Shown here: one piece after another, positions 59,613 to 64,000 of the stretch
How the letters are laid out: each line of letters opens with the position of its first letter
Numbering within the stretch: the first letter of the stretch is position 1
Assembly: GCA_044070495.1 (NCBI GenBank)
Contig: JBIPSI010000016.1
Coordinates: 1-64,000 of the forward strand
Source of the DNA: Spirulina sp.
Lineage (GTDB): Bacteria > Cyanobacteriota > Cyanobacteriia > Phormidesmidales > Phormidesmidaceae
Direction: 5' to 3'
Length of the DNA stretch: 64,000 bases
The notes under the pieces: generated by a model
The model's database searches: none
Told to the model about the DNA's origin: nothing
Seen by the model: the letters and a program-made list of their open reading frames with translations, nothing else
Position numbers and translations under genes: made by a program

Positions 59613-59714
59613 TATAGCTGTAGCCAGTCTGGTGGAGACATTTCCCCTCAAAGGTTTGAACGTTCCGACGTTTGAACGTTGTCTGAATGCTCTAATCCAA
59701 GTGACGATAGCTAT
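59613..59714. mobile_element. Possible degenerate MITE with TATAGCT-type ends
   Basis: TATAGCTGTAGCCA ... TGACGATAGCTAT imperfect TIR; internal GTTTGAAC octamer repeats. Confidence 0.45.
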
Positions 59715-59778
59715 CAGGGCGAAGGCATGATTCCCGATCACCTAGGCTGGACGGCCAGGGGCTAACGATAGCAGGGGG

Positions 59779-59955
59779 CTAGATCCCATCGGAGACTTCT
59801 ACCCGCTTGGCAAAGAGTTCGCCATCAAAGGGCTGAACGCCAATGGCGGGATAGTTATCGTCGCTAGGGCCAAAAATGCGGGCAATGGGATCGACAAAGT
59901 ATTGGGTCAGCCCGTCTAAAAAGTAGCCAAAAACCGAAAGTTTAGAGCGTTTCAT
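59779..59955 (-). CDS. 58-aa NirP1-like small protein (below the ORF-track cutoff)
   Basis: MKRSKLSVFGYFLDGLTQYFVDPIARIFGPSDDNYPAIGVQPFDGELFAKRVEVSDGI; GAGG 8 nt before ATG. Confidence 0.8.
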   Translation of the reverse strand: MKRSKLSVFGYFLDGLTQYFVDPIARIFGPSDDNYPAIGVQPFDGELFAKRVEVSDGI

Positions 59956-59980
59956 AGGTGCTACCTCATCGGGTGTGAAG

Positions 59981-59994
59981 GTCTGGATATTGAC
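59981..59994. promoter_or_regulatory. Possible NtcA-like site (GT-N10-AC) near the predicted TSS of the small ORF
   Basis: GTCTGGATATTGAC, just downstream of minus-strand -10 TAGCTT (60006-60001). Confidence 0.35.
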
Positions 59995-60050
59995 ATCCCT
60001 AAGCTAGTCAGAGTAGGGATAAGGAACCCATTTATCCAATAATGCAGCGC

Positions 60051-60069
60051 TATCAAGACGCGATTGATA
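60051..60069. promoter_or_regulatory. NtcB/LysR-type site ATC-N11-GAT
   Basis: TATCAAGACGCGATTGATA palindrome upstream of the small ORF. Confidence 0.6.
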
Positions 60070-60725
60070 GGATTTAAAGGAGAGAAATGAACATCCAAGA
60101 AATCACCCTATCTCTAAAACGGGATTCGCTGCATGGATTGATATGAGGAAATTACGGTTGTTGAATTAGCGATATTTGATGGGGCTAAATAAACCTAAAC
60201 TTCCTACACTCTCTAACACTTTTATACTAAGAGATCGGCTCTATCCCATTCCATCTGTGGTGACTATTCTTTACAGAGTATGGCCATTAATGATAAACCG
60301 ACTTCACCGGAGGGCGAGGTCAGCGATACGGTCGCTAGGCGCTCAGAGGTCAACCCATCGGACTAGGGCTACAGAGACTGGCTGACACAATGCCGAAGCC
60401 CATTTGCACCGCTGGCCCCACCCACGGGGTTGATGGGGCAACCCATGGGCTACGACAGCCCTGAATTTCTCCGGACGGGGGCGATGTTCCATTGGATTCC
60501 TAGGATTGGGAGACAACCGTGAACGGTTGTAACGGCGAATTGTATAGAGATCCTTCATTTTCTGGCCATTGGGCATGAAATAGGTAGGGCCACGAAATGG
60601 TATGTTGGATCGGGTTCAAACTGGTGGTAAACCAGTCAGCATTCGGGGGTAGGTCTACCAGACGAGGTTGACTCCGCTGGGTCAGTCCTCACAGGTGTTG
60701 ATTTTCCGTAGTTTCTGAGATCGCC

Positions 60726-62345
60726 ATGCTAAGTGCGCTCCTTGCCTTAACGTTTTCACCGGTCTTTGCTCAGGTTCCTCAGGCCGAGATTGCCGCTTCG
60801 GATCCAGCCGAGACGGTGATTCTCTCCCGTGATGGCACCTACGCTGAGGTGATTCGGCGGCAAGAAGTACGGTCTCTTCCCGGTAGCCTGGATGAGGTGC
60901 CGGTGTTTAATAGCAACAGCCCTGAGGTGGTGCAGCAGGAGGGGATTCTGCTATCCACCTTTCCGCCGGAGGGTATGACCACGGCGGCGGCTCACCTCAA
61001 CTATTCCTTTAACGGGCGTTTTGACATTTTTGCCCACCACATCGCCCGTGGCCTCAATCCTGACGACCGACGCACGCTGTTTTTGGGCGTTGTGATCTAC
61101 AACCCTAACGATGAACCCGTTACGGTCACCATCGATCAAGGGGTAAGCTATCTCAGCCAGGAGGCTCCCTTCCTCGAATTGCCCGATATGCGCCTGAGCA
61201 CTAACGGCAACGTATTTGCTGGCCCCGGCAGCCGCACCGCCACCGATATGCTGCGGGGGGCCACCCAACCTCACTGGCCGCGCTCCATCACCATCCCACC
61301 CGGCCATGTTCACCTATTGATGAACACGCCCATTCCGCTGCGGCAGTTGACCGTACCCGTAAACGGCAGTCATCCCCAGGGGGCCATGATCCCCAAACCG
61401 CCGATCCGTCCAGTCACGGTCTCAGCGGCCTCAGAACAGATCAACTTAGATAGCAACGGGGAGGTCTTGCCGCCGCCCCGGCCCGTTGAGCGGCCTATCC
61501 CCAGCAATGGCCGCACCGCCATGATGTATCTGACCAGCAGCGGCCCCGTGCATGTGGCCAGCTTAGCCAAGTATGCCGACCGCACCGCCTCCGGGGACGA
61601 AAAGGTACCCACCCTCAGCGACTGGATTCGGATCCTCAAGCAGGGACGGCTGGCGGGGCCTCGGGATATTCCCCCTTCTGATCCCAACACCTATCGCTTT
61701 GGTCGCTTCTACTATGGCCGAGTAGCGGGCGTAGCGAAGGGATCCTCCTGGCAGGCCACCCTCACCGACAACCCAGAGGCTGAGGTGCTGACGGTGCCGC
61801 CCCCGGGCAATTCCTTCTCCTATGTAGTTAGTTCTGTGGATCGCAATACCTTTGGCACGGGGCAAATTCAAAGTGCCCCCATGGTGGCCCGCTATCCCGA
61901 TACGGCCTTCCGTGCCCACGGCAACTACGGCGTGCGCTACAGCCTCGATCTGCCCCTCTACAACAACACCGGCACCGCCCAAACCGTTAGCATCAAGTTT
62001 CAAACCCCCATGCAAGACGATAACTTAGTGGCTGGGTTGCGGTTCCGTCGTCCTCCCGAAAATCGAATTTTCTTCCGGGGGACGGTACGCCTGCGGTTCA
62101 AAAACCAAATGGGCCTTGAACAAACTCACTACGTCCACCTCGTGCAGCGACGGGGGCAGGAGGGTGAGCCTTTGCTGCGGTTCACGGTGCCCCCAGAAAC
62201 CCGTCGAGACTTGGCGGTGGATCTAATCTACCCCGCCGATGCCACCCCGCCCCAGGTGCTAACGATCTTTAACGGCGCAAACCGTCCGGTTTTCGGGGCT
62301 AGTGATGCCTCTGTGGTGCCAGCCCTCAGTCAAGAACCCCCCTGA
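60726..62345 (+). CDS. DUF3370 family protein
   Basis: PVFNSNSPE...GILLSTFP, YGRVAGV, AHGNYGV, YPADATPPQVLT. Confidence 0.9.
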   Translation: MLSALLALTFSPVFAQVPQAEIAASDPAETVILSRDGTYAEVIRRQEVRSLPGSLDEVPVFNSNSPEVVQQEGILLSTFPPEGMTTAAAHLNYSFNGRFDIFAHHIARGLNPDDRRTLFLGVVIYNPNDEPVTVTIDQGVSYLSQEAPFLELPDMRLSTNGNVFAGPGSRTATDMLRGATQPHWPRSITIPPGHVHLLMNTPIPLRQLTVPVNGSHPQGAMIPKPPIRPVTVSAASEQINLDSNGEVLPPPRPVERPIPSNGRTAMMYLTSSGPVHVASLAKYADRTASGDEKVPTLSDWIRILKQGRLAGPRDIPPSDPNTYRFGRFYYGRVAGVAKGSSWQATLTDNPEAEVLTVPPPGNSFSYVVSSVDRNTFGTGQIQSAPMVARYPDTAFRAHGNYGVRYSLDLPLYNNTGTAQTVSIKFQTPMQDDNLVAGLRFRRPPENRIFFRGTVRLRFKNQMGLEQTHYVHLVQRRGQEGEPLLRFTVPPETRRDLAVDLIYPADATPPQVLTIFNGANRPVFGASDASVVPALSQEPP

Positions 62346-62425
62346 TCGCAATAATTGGCTTCCTCAAATCTAGTAGCGCTATATTGGCTAAAGATTCGAG
62401 GCCCATGGTGGGTGAGGAAATTGTT

Positions 62426-62890
62426 ATGGCTGGGAAAAAGACCAACTGGCTACCGGGCGTCGTTAGCCGAGATCGACTTCAGCGCTCCTATCTGTGGGGT
62501 GGTGGGCTAGCCCTCGTCGTTCTATTCCTAGTGGGCTGCGGAACCAATAGTTCGGCCCCTGGTGACGCCACCAATCATTCCGCTGGTACCGAGGTGGTAG
62601 CCGCTACCCCAGAGGCATCCCTCGCTCAACATCTTGCGGCCACGGGGGGCACCATGTATGGAGCCTACTGGTGCCCCCACTGCGCCGATCAAAAGGCCAT
62701 GTTTGGCGATGCCGTGGATCAACTACCCTACGTAGAATGCGCTGCCGATGGGGAGAATGCCCAACCGGATCTCTGTAGTGCGAAGGGAATTCAGGCCTAT
62801 CCCACCTGGGAAATTAACGGCCAACTCTATCCCGGCGTTAAATCCCTAGAGGATTTAGCGCAGCTCTCGGGCTATCAACCAGCCCCATAG
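62426..62890 (+). CDS. Thioredoxin-like (VKOR-associated type) lipoprotein
   Basis: Lipobox LVGC; MYGAYWCPHC.DQK.MFG, YVEC, YPTWEING; start uncertain. Confidence 0.85.
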   Translation: MAGKKTNWLPGVVSRDRLQRSYLWGGGLALVVLFLVGCGTNSSAPGDATNHSAGTEVVAATPEASLAQHLAATGGTMYGAYWCPHCADQKAMFGDAVDQLPYVECAADGENAQPDLCSAKGIQAYPTWEINGQLYPGVKSLEDLAQLSGYQPAP

Positions 62891-62946
62891 CTCTGACAAT
62901 CGGAGCCTTGGCCGATTCCTAGGCTGTTGTCTCATTCCTTAAGCCC

Positions 62947-63306
62947 TTGCACGACCCCAGTTCCCACGCCCACGCCCATGACACCTTCACGCCCCCAGAA
63001 GGCCAGATTGACGGCCAAAGGGTGGTGCACCCCCACGTCCACGACCCGGAATCTCTGCGGAGCATTGTGAACCGTCTATCCCGGATTGAGGGCCATATTC
63101 GCGGCATCAAAACCATGGTGCAGGAAAGCCGCCCCTGCCCTGATGTGCTGGTTCAAATTGCGGCGGTGCGGGGGGCGCTAGATCGGGTGGCCCGCGTTAT
63201 TTTGGATGAGCACCTAACGGAATGCATCAGCCGCGCCGCCGAAGTCGGCAATATTGACGATGAAATTGCTGAACTCAAAGCAGCTCTGGATCGCTTCTTG
63301 CCGTAA
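62947..63306 (+). CDS. CsoR/RcnR-family metal-sensing repressor (InrS-like)
   Basis: His-rich N-terminus, HPHVH, NRLSRIEGHIRG, CPDVLVQIAAVRGAL, EHLTEC. Confidence 0.88.
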   Translation: MHDPSSHAHAHDTFTPPEGQIDGQRVVHPHVHDPESLRSIVNRLSRIEGHIRGIKTMVQESRPCPDVLVQIAAVRGALDRVARVILDEHLTECISRAAEVGNIDDEIAELKAALDRFLP

Positions 63307-63487
63307 CCCTGACCCTAACCCGCTTGGATGATGCACAGCACCCATTCCTGTACCACTGGGCAGGGTTATAGCATCTTTGGCCTCGGCACCGAACGAGTTG
63401 TAAAGCAGTTCCAAGTCAGCCGCCAGTTCGACGATAGAGTAGTTGGAGCACAAACTCGCTCTCGCCTGGGGATTTAGGCCGATTTTC

Positions 63488-64000
63488 TCACTTTAGATAG
63501 GCCTGTGCCCAACCATATCGGGTCGGGTCTTTTTTAAGAAGGTATTCAACGACTTCTCTTCGTTTTGCCTTTTCCTTCGTCATTTTCACAATTCTTGCAA
63601 TTTCATCATCGGTATCATTAGCACCACGCTCTACAGCCAAATCAAACCACTGATCACCCTCAGTATATTCACCTCGGTCATAGTGAATAGCGCCCATAAG
63701 GGTGTATGGCTGGTGGCTTTCAGGCTGGCAATCCATGGCCTCAGCAGCGCAGTTTTCAGCATCTTTAAGCTGATCTAGGTCTCGGAATGCGGCTCCCCTT
63801 GTCACCCAAAGTGCTGATTTCAAGTCAGATTCTCGAACTTTTTGCCAGTTCACCTTTCGTGTGGAGTCGAGTGCCTTTTCAGATTCGTTTGCCTTGCGCC
63901 AATGGCTACTTGCGCTCGGTAAATTCCAGAGATTTCCTGTCCTCTGATATTCCTCCTCATAAAATATGGCCTCTAGCCTATGGTAGGCCATCGCTATCTT
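63488..64000 (-). CDS. TPR-containing protein, 5'-truncated by the window edge
   Basis: TPR-like helices; frame open to the window end; AT-richer than neighbours. Confidence 0.75.
   Translation of the reverse strand, partial: KIAMAYHRLEAIFYEEEYQRTGNLWNLPSASSHWRKANESEKALDSTRKVNWQKVRESDLKSALWVTRGAAFRDLDQLKDAENCAAEAMDCQPESHQPYTLMGAIHYDRGEYTEGDQWFDLAVERGANDTDDEIARIVKMTKEKAKRREVVEYLLKKDPTRYGWAQAYLK

Noticed and set aside
63214..63453. 79-aa minus-strand ORF downstream of the TPR gene
   Set aside because: Overlaps the repressor gene, has a weak start and no motif; possibly a gene remnant but unsupported.

Overview
A 64-kb segment of a moderately GC-rich cyanobacterial chromosome. Gene content suggests a filamentous Leptolyngbya/Nodosilinea-like strain (inference). 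Most of it is core genome: rsmI, fabG, rbfA, cysE, alr, tldD/pmbA, rimM, avtA, ureE/ureF, gvpF/gvpG, tRNA-Gln(UUG), a CrtL-type lycopene cyclase, a Ser/Thr kinase, peptidases and transporters. Accessory material comprises an IS6-like element cut by the left edge, several MITE/REP/heptamer repeats, and a ~4-kb block (HEPN-MNT pair, trypsin-TPR lipoprotein, two small membrane proteins) lying between pmbA and a 54-bp stray copy of an internal pmbA segment. The most unusual signal is window-wide. By manual reading I found no CGATCG (hence no HIP1, GCGATCGC) and no GGCGCC, whereas CCTAGG occurs about 45 times and TAG ends 38 of 57 complete or 3'-complete CDSs. A 58-aa NirP1-like ORF missed by the ORF track has NtcB-like and NtcA-like motifs upstream. 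I found no CRISPR array, rRNA, integrase or prophage. All counts are by eye and all family assignments are from motif recognition, not database searches.
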